From positions 5,507,221 through 5,571,220 of the forward strand of contig CM119268.1 of the NCBI GenBank assembly GCA_051294375.1: 64,000 bases of DNA. The letters are read 5' to 3'. Of the stretch, positions 39,510 through 53,547 are shown piece after piece. The stretch comes from Paraspadella gotoi. Taxonomy: Eukaryota; Animalia; Chaetognatha. The translations under genes were made by a program, and so were the position numbers. Positions within the stretch are counted from its first letter, which is position 1, and each line of letters opens with the position of its first letter. The notes beneath the pieces are model-generated. The model saw only the letters and a program-made list of their open reading frames with translations. It ran no database searches and was not told where the DNA came from.

Positions 39510-41378
39510 ATGGAGCCGATGCAACCAACACCGCCTCGCCCAACGAACGCGAACGCGATCGCGAACGCGAACTCGAATTTCGTTGACGCGCCACGGAGAC
39601 TCAATCAAATCGGAAATTTGGCGCCGCAAAACATACGAGTTACTGCCCCGCATCTCAGTCAAGCAGCGCCGCAAAACATTAACGTCGCGCCGCGTCTCCA
39701 GCATGCCTTACCGCCACCAACGCTGCCTCATCAAACTGCGCCGCATGAGGTGAATTCTTCGCCCCGATTAGTAAATGCGGTGCCAAGAACGGGTAACTTC
39801 ATACCAGCGCCGCAAATCGTCCACGCCTCAAGGCCAAGAGTTCCGAAATCCTCGTCCAAAAAATTCCTTCCTACGACGTCGCTGAACGCGCGACAACGAA
39901 TGGACGAAGCGATGCCGAGAGATCGGAATCCGGTGCCGAGACCTGTTCTTTCAGTGCCGAGACCTATTCTCCCGGTACCGAGACCCATTCTCCCTGCTCC
40001 GCCTTTGTTGACGCCGATTTCCAAAGTAGAACGTTCATCGCAAGAGAACAACAATAATACCAACAAAAACAACAGCAGTAACAACATTTACAGGAGCAGC
40101 CAGAACAACAACACCTTCAAGTTCCTCAAACATTGCTGCAAAATTTGCGGAAAGAGTTACTCCAATCGCTACGTGCGGGATCGTCACTTGGGCGAAGCTC
40201 ATTGCGGACTCGTGTACAAATGCAAGGATTGCCAGAAAGTTATGGGTTACCAAACGATGAGCGTCCATCGTCGAACGCAATTGCATAAAAATTTCGATCT
40301 GGTGTACAAAGAGCCGCCTACCAGACAAAATAATAACGACGACGAAACTGACGGCTCGAAATGGTCGCTGTGTTACCGTCACAACAGCCGACCTTGTCGC
40401 GTTTGCTACAAGTGCCACACTTGTAAGATCATGCAATGGCAAAAAGGACCTGGCCAGAGAAAAGTGGCAAAGCCTTGGAGAAAAACGACAGGAACGGGAG
40501 CAGACGCGGCGGCGTTGAAGGAAGAAGTCTTTTCGCAGGGTGCTGCTGTCGTTTCGTCGTCGCCACCGCCGCAGCCGCCTCTGTCGCCGTCGCCGCCGCC
40601 ATCAGAAACTCTGCAGGTGCATCATCTGGAGTTGGAAATGGAGATGACTATGAAGCACGTTGAGGAGATGAAACAGATGCCGGGAAATGTTGAGGATTTG
40701 GAGTCAATCCCTGAAGACAACCAGATGCCGCATGGAATCTTCTCGGGAGTCGTGGAGATGGAAACGGAAAAGGAGAATAGATCGCCGAATCATGAGATGA
40801 TGGAAGCGCCAGAAACGCCATTGATGGCAACGCAAATGGCATCATCACCTTCGCCGTCTTCGCCACCGGCCGCAATTCCAGAGACGCCATCGCCGGCGAC
40901 ACCAAGTCCAGCGGATTCAACGCCGAGGTCGCCAATGCCATCGCCTTCGCAGCCGCAACTGGCAACGCAGCAACTGTCAACGCCCCAACTGGCAAATCAG
41001 CAATTGGCAATGCAGCAACTGTCAACGCCCCAACTGGCAACCCAGCAACTGGCAACCCAGCAACTGGCAACCCAGCAACTGGCAACCCCAACGATTTCAG
41101 CGTCGCAAACGCAATTGCCCCCTTCGTCATCTCCGCCATTGCAAGGCCTCATTGCACAATTGCAATCGATGACGCCTCATCTCGAATCCATGGAACCGGA
41201 ACTCGATTCTATGGAAAAGAAGTTGAAGAATTTGGCGTCGAACCTAAATTCAAACGACTCGGATCTGAGGGCCCTGGCGCCGCGATTGCAGACCCAGGCG
41301 CCGCAAATGCTGATGGTGGCGCGGAAATTGCATTCGTTGGCGTCGCAATTGACCCTTATTTCCTGGATAAAAGTCGGG
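39510..41378 (+). CDS. Zinc-finger gene A, coding exon 1 (paired C2H2 module, Cys/His cluster, Pro/Gln-rich, coiled-coil-like end)
   Basis: 633-aa ORF; acceptor AG at 39504-39505 just before the ATG; CKICGK...HLGEAHCG...CKDC...H; donor GTGAGT at 41379, phase 0. Confidence 0.85.
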
Positions 41379-41624
41379 GTGAGTGAATTGAACAAGGTTA
41401 AGATTATTTAAGTTTTAACTCTTAATTATACATAAAGTTTCCTTCATTTAACCATTCTTCTAAGTCGACAGTTTAATCTATACATCAAAAATATTCATGT
41501 GTGTAAAATTTTTTTAAATTATTTACAGAAACAATAAATTTAATTATTTCAGGAGACAATGTCCTTTTATTATTTCTGTTTTTACTACTTTTTATCTCTT
41601 TTGCATCGAATTTCGTTCCTACAG

Positions 41625-41877
41625 AAACATCACTCAATTGAATCGCCGACGCAAATATCGGCTCCGCTACAGCAACCTTCAATGCAGCAACCTCAATCCA
41701 TCGAACAGCCGGCGCAAACACCGGCTCCCATGCAACGAGAGACTCAGCTGGACCCACCGACGCAAATAGCATCTCCCTTGCAGCATTTATCTCCGCAGCA
41801 GCCACCGACCGAAGGAGAAGAACCAACTTTGGAGTCACGAAAATCGCCTCAACTTCCGCCGATTCTGGGAGAATCAG
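41625..41877 (+). CDS. Gene A, coding exon 2 (Gln/Pro-rich linker)
   Basis: Polypyrimidine + CAG acceptor at 41624 in phase 0; open frame KHHSIESPTQ...LGES; donor G|GT at 41878, phase 1. Confidence 0.7.
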
Positions 41878-42334
41878 GTTTTCATCAATTGTCTTGATTT
41901 GTATTTATGATGATGTTGTTGAAGACTTAATAATGATGTTGTTTGACTTTTATTGATGTCGTGGATGGGACGAGGTAAAGGCGTAGCAATTTTAATCTAG
42001 TCTAATCAGTTAGTGGGTCTTGAACGTTTGCTGGGTCTTGGTATGTTATCGTCTTGTAAGCGAGATGGATTCCTTAAGCCACTATAACTTGATCAAAGTC
42101 ACGTGATAGCTTGCTTAAAGAATTATTTCTTTTGGGTTGTACCAGTTTCATTCAATGAAAGGCAGAAAGTCGTTGAAAAATGAGTATTGGTAAATATCTT
42201 TATCTTAGTTTTCTTATTTTTCTTAGTTATTATTACGTTATTTTTTTTATTTTATTTTAATCTCATTTATTCCCGTTTCAGTTGTTGACCTTCATTAATG
42301 ACAATAAAATATTAATCCCATCTCTTTCCTTTAG

Positions 42335-42828
42335 CTCCAGCTCTCCCAGCTCTTCCAGCTCTCACCTTCACGAGACAACATCCCCGCCACTGAGACCCAC
42401 AGCGATTCAACCCCCGATCCACCCACTTCCAGCCACCCAACCACCCCCACCCCTCACCACCTTCCCCTCAACCACTTCCACCTTCCCCCATCGCGTCCAC
42501 AATTATCAAACGCGAACCAGCTCCCCGTCAATGTTCAGTCTGTTGTCTCCAATTCGCCGGCGACGACGACGTCTACAGACGTCATCTCCTGCGCCATCTG
42601 GATTCCTTCAGAGGCAGCGACTTCTGCTCGGCCTGCAGGAGGAGCTTCTCGAGCCCCAAGGACGTGCTCGTCCACTTCATGACCGTCCACGGGGAAGTGG
42701 AGAAGTTGGTCTGCGGAGAACTCGGTTGTTCGAGGACGTTTTGGACCTTTAAGGAGGCGGAGAGGCACGAGGGTCGACACGCTGGGGTGGAAGGGGTGGG
42801 AGTTGGGTGGGGAAAGACGGAGAGGTAA
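42335..42828 (+). CDS. Gene A, terminal exon with the conserved C-terminal triple zinc-finger domain; in-frame TGA at 42391
   Basis: Frame absent from the ORF track: ...IIKREPAPRQCSVCCLQFAGDDDVYRRHLLRHLDSFRGSDFCSACRRSFSSPKDVLVHFMTVHGEVEKLVCGELGCSRTFWTFKEAERHEGRH...TAA. Acceptor TTTAG at 42334 matches phase 1. Confidence 0.75.
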
Positions 42829-43673
42829 GGTTATCCTGGACTGATATTGAGGGGAAGTTATTCGAAAATAATTCGTTGGGATTTCACAATGATTTTTATT
42901 AAATTTACATATAATTTTGATGAGGAAACGATTAAAAAATTATGTGGGTTTGATCTAAGTATCTCCTTAATCAAATCAAGAAATTTTATTAAGATAGTTC
43001 AAAATTCCATACATGATAACAACTTAAAAAGTGGGCTCAAATAATTAGTGTAAATTATCACAAAACTGTTAATCACCCAGAAATTAATTTCTAATAGATT
43101 GATCATTGAAAGGAGAATAATTCCTAAATAAAAATAAATGCGATGATAGATTTGAAGAAGTTAGTAAACAGTTAAAAAAAATTATTGAAGTCTTAGAATA
43201 CAGAGCTATGCTAATAAACTTTTAGCAAAATCGGTTTAATGATTTTTTCACTTTTGGACGTTCAGTATACTTTTATAAATCTATCTAATAAATCTAATAA
43301 ATCTTTACCAATTGATCTTCTTGTTATCTAATGATTTTTCAATTAACAAAAAAAAACATCAGACAGACAGAAAAATCGAAATACTTAAAATTTAGCTTGG
43401 AAATGATTTCGCCCAAAGTAAAGGAAAAATAGTATTCTTTTACGTGAATTATTACAAAAATAAAAACTTTTGTTACTTGTCAAAGTTGTCATCTATTTTC
43501 ACATTATATTACACAATATGGCTCAATAAACGCCTAAAGAAAAATTCTTTAAAAAATGTACTACATTTTCAAAATTATTTTCTTATATGTATTGAAGCTA
43601 TTAGTAAAATTATAAGTGAAATTTTGAACAAAACGAGAAAAAAAGCGAATGATAAGAGACGAAATTTTATATG

Positions 43674-43784
<111 letters not shown>

Positions 43785-44667
43785 GATCTCTGAAATAGAC
43801 AAAGGTGCGGGAACGATTCACAATCGCTCTCTTTCGAAAAAAAAAATGTTGAAATACTACCAGATAAAAATGTTAAGATTAATTTGAAAATTCCGAAGCG
43901 ATTTAGTTACGCAGCTTCACGTTCTCATCACTAAAGTGACGAATGTATTTTCTCAAATATGAGATTATTTTCGATAATGACAACGACAACGACAACTACG
44001 ACGACGACGACGAGAATTCTTTATCTTGATTTCTGTCGACGAAACGATCGATCCGAAAATGTCTGAACCACAAGTAACTCCAAAAACAGCAACTGAATTC
44101 AAAACAACGTTTACAGCAACCAAAACAAAACGACAAGTAAAAGATGATCCCAACTAGACTAAACCGACTAGAATTATCAACGCGTCTCAGAATAAAACTA
44201 CGATCAACGCAGACCGCCCGTAGAAACTTATAAACAAAAAAAAATACAACAGAATGCAACAAAACGTAGACTTTTCGGGAAACATAGAATCGCCGCAAAA
44301 CTATGACTACGATCGAAACATCGGTACTATTTTCCGAAAGCGCCCCATTTCTCTTCTTAATCCTTAAACTTAATTTTAATTTTAATATTTAACTCAAATA
44401 TTTAAGTTTAATCTAATTTTATCTTTAATCCACAAATTTAATACATAAGTCATAACTTTATTTTTTAATCTTAAACCTTCATAATTAACTATTAAAAAAA
44501 ATTTTAACTAAAAAATAAAAACTTGAAAAAGAGTTAAAACATAAAAGTTTCTATTAATAAAAAATGAACAAACAAATTTTATCTTTTTTTTATAAAATGA
44601 AATGAAATAAAACCAAATATTTTTTTACCGTATTACTTTAATCTAAAATTGGTCTTTTTCGGAAAAG

Positions 44668-45569
44668 ATGGCCCAAACGGCTATTCGATGCCAAACGTAG
44701 CAAACTTCTCGCAAATTGCTGATTTGTCTCAAAAGGAGAAACTAGCGACGTCAACGGCCTCGTGTCGAAGGCGTCGAAACGCGGGACGTCGCGGAGCTGC
44801 TGCTCCGCATTACGGCGGCGGCGGCCGCTGTCCGCGACGCAGATTTCCCTGCAAGATTTGCGGCAAGAATTACTCCAACGTCTACTTGAGAGATCGTCAC
44901 GTGGAAGAGATCCATTGCGGTCGAAAATTTCGATGTCGAGTTTGTGGAGAAAAATTTTATTACATGAAAATATTTGGTCATCGGAAGACAACGGGACATT
45001 TAGAATTTGACCTCATTTACGAACCGAGGACTGCTGAGCCGAGGACCGCCATGCTGAGGACTGCCATGCCGAGGACTGCGGCTCAGGGAAGACGATATAT
45101 GACGACACCAAGCGACGATGACGACGACGACGACGACAAAGACGCTTCATCAAAACGCGACTTCTTCTGCCGACGTCACAACGGACGGAAGCGTCACTGT
45201 CGCCTTTGCCACAAATGCCACTCTTGTAACGCCGTCAGGTGGCAGAGACGGCGTCGCAAAGATGGCAAATCGGCGTCGGTGGCGCCGATGCCTTCCTGGA
45301 TGATGCCCGTGCCATTTTTGACGGAAGGATTAGGAAAACGTGAAAGAGAGGAAGATGACGACAATGACGACGATAACAACGACGACGAGGAAGTCGTATG
45401 CGTTGACGACGATATTGCAATGTCACCGTCGCGAGAGTCTCCGCCGCCGCCGCAGCCGATGCCGCCACCGCCACGGCCGCCGCCGCCGACGCCGACGCCG
45501 ACGCCGAACCAGCTGCGGCAAACTCTCGAAGCAAATCTAGAGACATCGAACTGTTGTACTGAAACGCAG
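44668..45569 (+). CDS. Zinc-finger gene B, coding exon 1 (paired C2H2 module and Cys/His cluster, paralog of gene A)
   Basis: CKICGKNYSNVYLRDRHVEEIHCGRKFRCRVC...FDLIY; possible acceptor at 44667, first in-frame ATG at 44688; donor CAG|GTACTT at 45570, phase 0. Confidence 0.8.
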
Positions 45570-45862
45570 GTACTTATACATTTGACAATGTACAATTTGA
45601 CATTGTAAAATGTACATATTCCAGGGCCTTTCTGATTCTCTGTTGTATTAATATATTTTGAAGAGGAAACAAGGATTTTTAACCGTTGCTTGTTTAAAGT
45701 TATGAAGCAAAACAGCTAACCTGAAGATTAAGTGAATGAAATATTTTTAAATCGGTTGCTTACCAAGCTTTTACAAGCTAATAAAACGCAAACTGTTTAA
45801 AATACTTAAACATAGATTCTTAACATCCACAGTTTCAAAATTTTTTTCATTCTCAAAATCAG

Positions 45863-46837
45863 ATGCAACGAAATATTCCGTATTTGCGGCAAAGTTTCTG
45901 CATTTCCGAGAAATCTTCAGAATCTGACATTGAAGACTCAATGATGGAACCAACGCAACTTCAATCAACATCGATAGAATCTGAATCCTTGCCTTCTCTC
46001 TTGGAAGTCATTTCTCCTCTGCTCCAAATGCTGGAACTGCAATTGCAGTCGCGAGAGATGGAGCGGGATACTCCTTCAACTAAGCTGCAATCATTGGCGT
46101 CGCAAATGCAAACAATCGGATCGCAGATGCAAATATTGGCGACGAAAATGTTGCCTTCGATCGAGTCGGAAGCAGAGCTGCAGTCGTCGTTGCAGCGATC
46201 AGCAGCGCAGGAGGAAAAGCCGCGACAGATTCGGCAGCAGCAGCAGCCAACGCCTGAGAAAGAAAAGCCGCTGAAAATGCAACAGCAGCAGCAGCAGTCA
46301 ACGCTTCGGAATATTCCGCAGCAACGTCCTCCGCAGCACGACCATATAAAACGAACTAATTCTAAATCATTTAACTATCCGCAGAAAACCGATTCTACAT
46401 CATTTAACTATCCACAGCAAACCGATTCTACATCATTCGATTCTCTCTTTAATGCAAAGATCGGTGAACTTTCTTCTCTCTCCACTGCTAATCAGGATTC
46501 CACCCCAAACGCCTCTTCAACACCCACCAACCACCCCGTCCCACCAACCCCTTCGATCTCCCTCAAAAAAGAACCACCCCCGCCACCTTGCTCTCTCTGC
46601 CACCTGGAATTCCTAGTCGACGACGACGTTTACCGTCGGCACCTGCTACGGCACCTGGAAGCCTTCGAAGGAGACGTCGTCTGCCCCGTGTGCCTGACGG
46701 GCTGCTCGAGCCCGAAGGGCTTGAGCGACCACTTCATGATGGTTCACGGAGGAGTTGAGAAATTGATCTGCAAAGAGAAAAACTGCGTGAGAATGTTTTG
46801 GACTTTTAAGGCGTTGAGGGGGCACGAGGAGAGAGAG

Positions 46838-46909
<72 letters not shown>
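45863..46909 (+). CDS. Gene B, terminal exon with the conserved C-terminal zinc-finger domain; ends in a (GA)n-encoded ER repeat
   Basis: Acceptor CAG at 45862 in phase 0; LKKEPPPPPCSLCHLEFLVDDDVYRRHLLRHLEAFEG...FWTFKALRGH. Confidence 0.8.
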
Positions 46910-46910
<1 letters not shown>

Positions 46911-47133
46911 TAAGAATATCAAAGGAAAAGAATAATAACGAGCAAGTAGGGTAAATTGGCAAATGAAAAATGAAAAGAGCAAAATATTTATAAAAGATGA
47001 ATTGGAAAATGTAAACAATGACGTTGTCAATGTAAACAATATTTTTTAAACGCAGTTGTATCAAACTTATAACTGTTTAAACATTACAAGAAATACAATT
47101 TTTTAATGTCTCACACTTGTTTTTTATCTACAT

Positions 47134-47199
<66 letters not shown>

Positions 47200-47319
47200 T
47201 TGTCATCTCACGTATTCTCAGAAGCTTTTTTTTTTATTTACGGTTCGATTTTTGTTAAAAACTGGCACGAGGAATATGATTAATCACTCGGAATAGAAAA
47301 ACGTTCACATCTCTCTCTT

Positions 47320-47400
<81 letters not shown>

Positions 47401-48645
47401 CTCTTTTCTCTCTCTCTCCTCTCCTCTCTGACAAGAGAGACGAAACTGTTTCATTGACAGATAAGGTTTTCCGAAATCTTTATCGCGACTCTATTTTGTT
47501 TTTCGAATCGGCCTCTCGACTGCTTTTGCCAAAAAAAGTTTTATTTTGACTAAATGAAAAAATAAAAAATTTTAAAGTTGTTAGATTCATAAAAACTTTT
47601 TCAGTACGAAACTCCAGACAATATTTTTTATTTATCTCTCTCTCTCTCTCTCTGAATTTTTTCTCTCTTGATATACGTAATTATTTAGATTTTCCACACA
47701 ACTGAAAAACCTGTTGATGTGTACGAAATGAAAAAAAAAAAAATCAAAACCCAAATTATGAAAGTATTTATATCTATTTTTCTTAAATTAAATCAAAATT
47801 TATCATCCGAAACCTAAGAGCTGGAAGAAGCTTAACCTTTTCATCATGAATGAATGACTCTCCTTTTGATCTTAGTTTCTGACTCAACGTGATTTTGTTT
47901 TATTACAATTTCATCGAGTCAGAGTAGAAAAGACAACCTCCTCCTCCTCCTCCTCCTCCTCCTCCTCCTCCTCTAATCTTCTTCTAAAACAATGGATTCC
48001 TCTCATGGGCTTCTTTTCTCATTTCTTTCATTCGGTCGAAGGTCATTGGTCAATTTTTTTCTCTTATTCTGGCTTCTTTTCGCATTTTTGTTTCTGGATT
48101 GTTTTATTTCGATGAAGACGACGACTACGACGACAACGACAACGCCGACGACGACGACGACGACGACAAGGACGGCGGCGACGAGGACCTGGTTTCATCG
48201 AATGGAAACGTGTCACCCTTATTTACTGTAAAAAAAAAATTATACAAAAAAAATGCCTAAAACTATTTCTCAATTGAAACCCAAAAATTAAATTTAATGG
48301 AACTACAAAAAAAAAAAAAAAACTCTTTTCATTATTTTTTATACGACAACACGTTTAATTTTTATACTTTTTATTCTTGATCAAAAAATATTTTTATATT
48401 TACCATGTTTAAAATTATTTTTCCGACGCTCATCCTCGGCGTGCCGAATGTTTTACTTCGGGTAGAAGACAAACAGAACCCGATTTCCTTACCTTTTAAA
48501 CTCACTCGTTCACGCGTGGAAAAGAATGCGTGAACAACAGTGAATCGGGTTCGATAATCGCCAAGAAAATAATTCACAATTTTGTCGCGAGCGAAATGAA
48601 AACAAAATTCATAATTTCTATTTTCTCTTTCTAATTTCTTTCCAG

Positions 48646-48760
48646 AATTAAAACTGAAATAAAACTGAAATCCAGCGGAATCAAAATCTACGAATTGAAT
48701 TTGGATAAAAATAATAATAATAAAAAAATAGAAAACAGATCTAAAAAAAGGACTATTAAG
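48646..48760 (+). CDS. Possible upstream exon of gene C (coding or 5' UTR)
   Basis: Strong TTTCTTTCCAG acceptor and AAG|GTGAGA donor; 38 open codons in phase with the next exon. Confidence 0.4.
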
Positions 48761-49230
48761 GTGAGATGGGAATATTTCATGTCACTTTATGACATGTAAT
48801 TTTATGAAATTTATGTTAATACGATTTAATTAATTAATATTAATATTAATTTAATTAATTATACTATTAATACGATTTTCTGCACATAGTCATAATTTCT
48901 TTCACAACTTTAAAGATGCATCTCAGATTTACTGTAACTTAACATTTAAAAAAAAATAAAAAAATCTGGCCAGATTTATATATGGAGAAATAATTCGCAT
49001 TCAGTCAGAATTGTTTAATTTTTTTTGAGAGAAAAAATTTAATCAAGCTTTTTCATTAAAGAGAACTGAAATAATTTAAATGTACAGTATGTACCAATTT
49101 TACCATGTTCCATATCAAGATGATAATTAGACAAAAATTACCGGGTATATTGAAACAAAATGTTCATTTTCACATAATGACTTTATTTGTTCCCCTTTCT
49201 CTTCCCTCTTTATCTCCTACACTAATTAAG

Positions 49231-52200
49231 CAACCTTCGAAGATGGTACAGCAATCATTGCAGATGGACCAGCAATCATTGCAGATAGACCAGCAATCAT
49301 TGCAGATGGACCAGCAACCCTCGCAGATGGAAGAGCAACCATCGCAGATGGAACATCAACCTTCGCAGATGGAACAGCAACCATTACAGATGGACCAGCA
49401 ATCATTGCAGATGCAACAGCAACCATTGCAGAGTCCCCAGCAATCATCGCAGATGGAACAGGAACAAGTTTCCTCCGCGTCTTCCCCGCTCAACGTTTCT
49501 TTGCTGCAGAATTCGTCGCCCGATCGATTGAATACGATACAGCAACTAAACCAAATGCCGCAAGTCGAAACTTCGATGCAGCAACCGAATGAAATGCCGC
49601 AACTCGAACCTTCGGTGCAGCAACCGAATGAAATGCCGCAACTCGAACCTTCGATGCAGCAACCAAATGAAATGCCGCAACTCCAACCTTCGATGCAGCA
49701 ACCGAATGAAATGCCGCAACTCCAACCTTCGATACAGCAACCCCAAGAAATTCCGCCGCAGTCCTTGACTCCGCAACTCCAACCGTCGCTGCCGCAACTC
49801 CAAACTTCGCAACAGCAAATTTCGTTTCCACAATCGAAAATTGTTTTCAAACTTCCATCGAATCCAAAAGAAATTATATTGTTGCTGCAAAAAATTAAAA
49901 ATTCGGAAAATAATGAAGAAATATCTCAGATACAACAACAACAACAACAACAACACCCGCAAAAACCACGACTACAACAACAACAACAACCGCAACAACC
50001 GCAACAACAACAACAACCAGCACCCTCAACAACCACAACAACAGCACCCTCAACAACCACAACAACAGCACCCTCAACAACCACAACAACAGCATCCGCA
50101 ACAACAACAACAACAGCACCCCAACAACCAACAACACCACCACCAACAACAACAGCACCCGACAACAACAACAACAACAGCACCGCAGCAACAACAGCAG
50201 CACCCGCAACATCAACAACAACAACCACAACAGCACCCGCAACATCAACAACAACAGCACCCGCAACAACAACAACAACAGCACCACCAACAACAGCACC
50301 AACAACAAGCACAGCATCCGCGACAACCACGACTACAACAACAACAACAACAACACGAATCTGTTGGTCCTTGCCAAACAAACAATGATCAAGGAATTAT
50401 CCTTCGACCGCCGCTTTTGCCGCAAAACTTGCAGCAACAGGCGCAACATAGCCTGATTTCCCAGGATCAACCATATTCGATCCATCGAGATCATCAATAC
50501 TCGGTACAAGATTATCAATTTGCATCAACACCGACCTTGTTCAATGGGCAACAAAGCATCTCATCACGGCAGCAACATCAAATTATCCCCTTACAGCAAC
50601 AACAGCAAAGCGTCTCATTACCACAGCTACAATTCAATCCGTCGTCCTGTGGTCAAATAGAATCTCTACAGCAACATCATCTACCTGAATTGGTTGACCA
50701 AAAACCAATCATTCACCAAATTGAGACTAAATTCGATCCAAATTCGGGAAATGAAATCAAAAATAATTTTGGTTTGCAGCAAGAAACTCTGAATAATATT
50801 TGTCCTCAGGCCTCGCACGTTTCACCATTGTTTCAAATTTCTACTATGATACAGCAAATGCCGCAAAATTCGCCTATGATACAACAAATGCCGCAAAATT
50901 TGCCTCTGATGCAACAAACGTCTTCATTAATACAGCAAAATTCACCTTTAGGGCATCAAAACTCGGCATTGATGTCTTCAGCGCCGCCGAGGCCTTCTGT
51001 GATCCCTCAAATATCATCTTCGATGCCCCAGGCCTCGCCGTTGATGCCGCAACATTCGTCTATGATGCCTGAAAGTTCATCTTGGATGCAGCAAAATGAC
51101 CCCGCAGCATCATTGGCTGCAGCTTTCAACCTTTTTCTGCAACAGCGGAACGAGTCTTCAAGATTATCAAGGGATACATCCATGCATCAACACTCCATGC
51201 TGCAGCAGTTCTCACAAGAACAGTCGCCGTCTGCCAAAATGCAAGGCACATTCATGCAGCAACAATCTCAATTGATTCCTCAGGAATCGACGATGCAACC
51301 GTCACCAACTAAACCGTTTATGCCAACTCCATTGATGCGGGACTATTCGTCATTGCATTTCCAAAAAAAGCAACAACGATCTTCGATGACGCCACACAAT
51401 GAGTCACCATTGCCGCAAAACTGCGAGAATCAACTAACAAAACCAATGATGCCACAAGTGTGTGAGGTAAAAACTGTGAAACGAGAAACTCTGTTTCTAC
51501 AAGACCATGAGACATTGCCAATGCCATTGCAAGCGGATCCAATGCCTGGGGAGATGAGTTCCAATCAAGTTTCCAAGTCGTCGTCGTTGCTTCCAGTTAT
51601 GTTCTTCGATGCGACAAACGTCGCAGCGGAAGAACTGAGTCTAGCAGCGGACGAAAAGGGAGTTGAAGAAGCGGAAATTAGAGCGAGTGGAGGCGATAAA
51701 GAAGCGGACGGGTTTGAGAGGGAAAAAACTGTAATGAAAGTGAATGGAGAATTAGAAGAAACTGAAGAGGAAACCGCCAAAACAAGGGAGGAAACAGAGG
51801 GAACATGTAGAAATGAAGAAACAACGGGGAGAAAAACAGAGCAAACTACAGGAGAATCCAGCAACCAACCAGCGAAGGAAACAGCGAAGGAAACGGCGAA
51901 GGAAACTGCCGAGGAAACTGCCGAGGAAACTGCCGAGGAAACTGCCGAGGAAACTGCCGAGGAAACTGGCGAAGAAACTGCCGAGGAAACTGGCGAAGAA
52001 ACTGGCGAAGAAACTGGCGAAGAAACTGGCGAAGAAACTGGCGAGGAAACTGCTAAGAAAACATTGGAAGAATCATTCGAAGAAACAACTGAGAATAGAA
52101 AGAAACAAACAAAAAAGAAGAAAACAGAAGAAGAAGAAGCAGAATTTACGCAAATTCGGTGGTTGAAAGATCAAAAGGCAAAACCGATTATTGAGCACAA

Positions 52201-52234
52201 AGGATTCAAATTTAAATTTTTGCACAACTTACAA
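49231..52234 (+). CDS. Zinc-finger gene C, large Gln-rich exon ending in the N-half of FLYWCH-like domain 1; frameshift near 50017
   Basis: ORFs 49105..50388 and 49841..52252 join into one Q-rich frame with a +1 shift in the CAA repeat. Acceptor AG at 49230, ATG at 49243; ends KPIIEHKGFKFKFLHNLQ|GTAAGA, phase 0. Confidence 0.75.
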
Positions 52235-52414
52235 GTAAGAAAAAAAAATTAGCAAACCTTGATTTTTCATTCTTTTTTTCTTCTGTCTGAGGTTATATCA
52301 AGACCATGTTATTTATTCTCAGCAAAAAAATGATAAATTTTATCTCATTCGTCTAATCTTGAATTTTTTTTTCAATTCAAAAGATTTTCAATCAAATTTC
52401 TTTTTTTTTTTTAG

Positions 52415-52723
52415 ACTAACCCTTATCAGCGGTGGGGATGCTGCCTCGTCCAACAGACATTGTGCCCGGCACGATTGAATGTACTTTTCAAAGACGGGCG
52501 AAATCTCTCCAAGGGTCTGAAGCGCGTGGACGTTCTCGCAGAGCACAACCACGACCTCTCCATGGATCCTGGACGATCAAGGAGCGAAGATCCCGACGAA
52601 AACTCGACCAAAACGGACGAGGAGACGGAACAAAAATCTGAGTTGCAAATTCGGATGGAAAAGACTCAACAGGGCAAAGATGTCCTTATTCATCAAGGAT
52701 TTCAATATATAATAAAATATCCG
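52415..52723 (+). CDS. Gene C internal exon: FLYWCH-1 C-half + FLYWCH-2 N-half
   Basis: T-run + AG acceptor; TNPYQRWGCCLVQQTLCPARL...EHNH...TQQGKDVLIHQGFQYIIKYP|GTATAT; 309 nt, phase 0-0. Confidence 0.85.
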
Positions 52724-53247
52724 GTATATGTACTCATATTTCTAGTAAAAAAAATTAAAAAAAATAGCAAAATCTTTGATCCTAAAAAAAACAAACTTAA
52801 GGGCCCCAGTGATAAAAATGATATCATAAGCTTAAGCGTCTATCATTAAAGGAATTCGAGAGAAAAGATTCCCATCTCCTAGTAGCAAGGCGAACAAGGA
52901 CGAGATAATTATTGAAAAAAATTTTCATTGATCTTCCCTAAATACTGATACCCTCCATTCTCTTACTTTTACTTGGGAAGTCATTTTTCCATGAATTTCG
53001 AATTTTTATTTTTTTAATGAAGAAAGCTGAAATCTTGGGTCTGGGCCTCCTTTAATATATATAATATTATATATATATATATATATATATGGCGATTGAA
53101 TCAGGAATGAAATTGAGAAATGAAAAAGAAGAAAACGCGTATAGATAAAAGAGACAAAATAAAACCAAAAGAATAAAAAAAAAAAAGCAAGAGTAAAAAA
53201 TTCATTAATCAATAATTACTTATTATTTTCCCGACCCCAATTTTCAG

Positions 53248-53547
53248 AATCAATTCAAAAGGTGGCACTGCCGCTCCGCCCGGAAAGAGAATTGTAAAGG
53301 AAATGCGGAATTCTATTTTAAGAACGATGACGATCTCTCCGAGGGAATCCAATACTTCCTTCTCATCGGAGGTCACAGTCATCCACCCGATTTCGGCAGC
53401 AACAGCAACAGCGACAGCGACAGCAAACTAAAGGATACGAAAAATCGGGAATGGAAAATTGAAGAAGTGAATTACGTCAAAGGGAAGAGAGACAACGAGA
53501 TCTTGTTCCTTAAAAACTTTCAGTATAGACTTGATTCTTATCAAAAC
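53248..53547 (+). CDS. Gene C internal exon: FLYWCH-2 C-half + FLYWCH-3 N-half (not in ORF track)
   Basis: TTTTCAG|NQFKRWHCRSARKENCKGNAEF...GHSHPP...KGKRDNEILFLKNFQYRLDSYQN|GTAAGT; 300 nt, phase 0-0. Confidence 0.85.

Noticed and set aside
42282-42752. 156-aa ORF from the track as the gene A last exon
   Set aside because: The conserved domain is in the +1 frame, which also matches the upstream splice phase.
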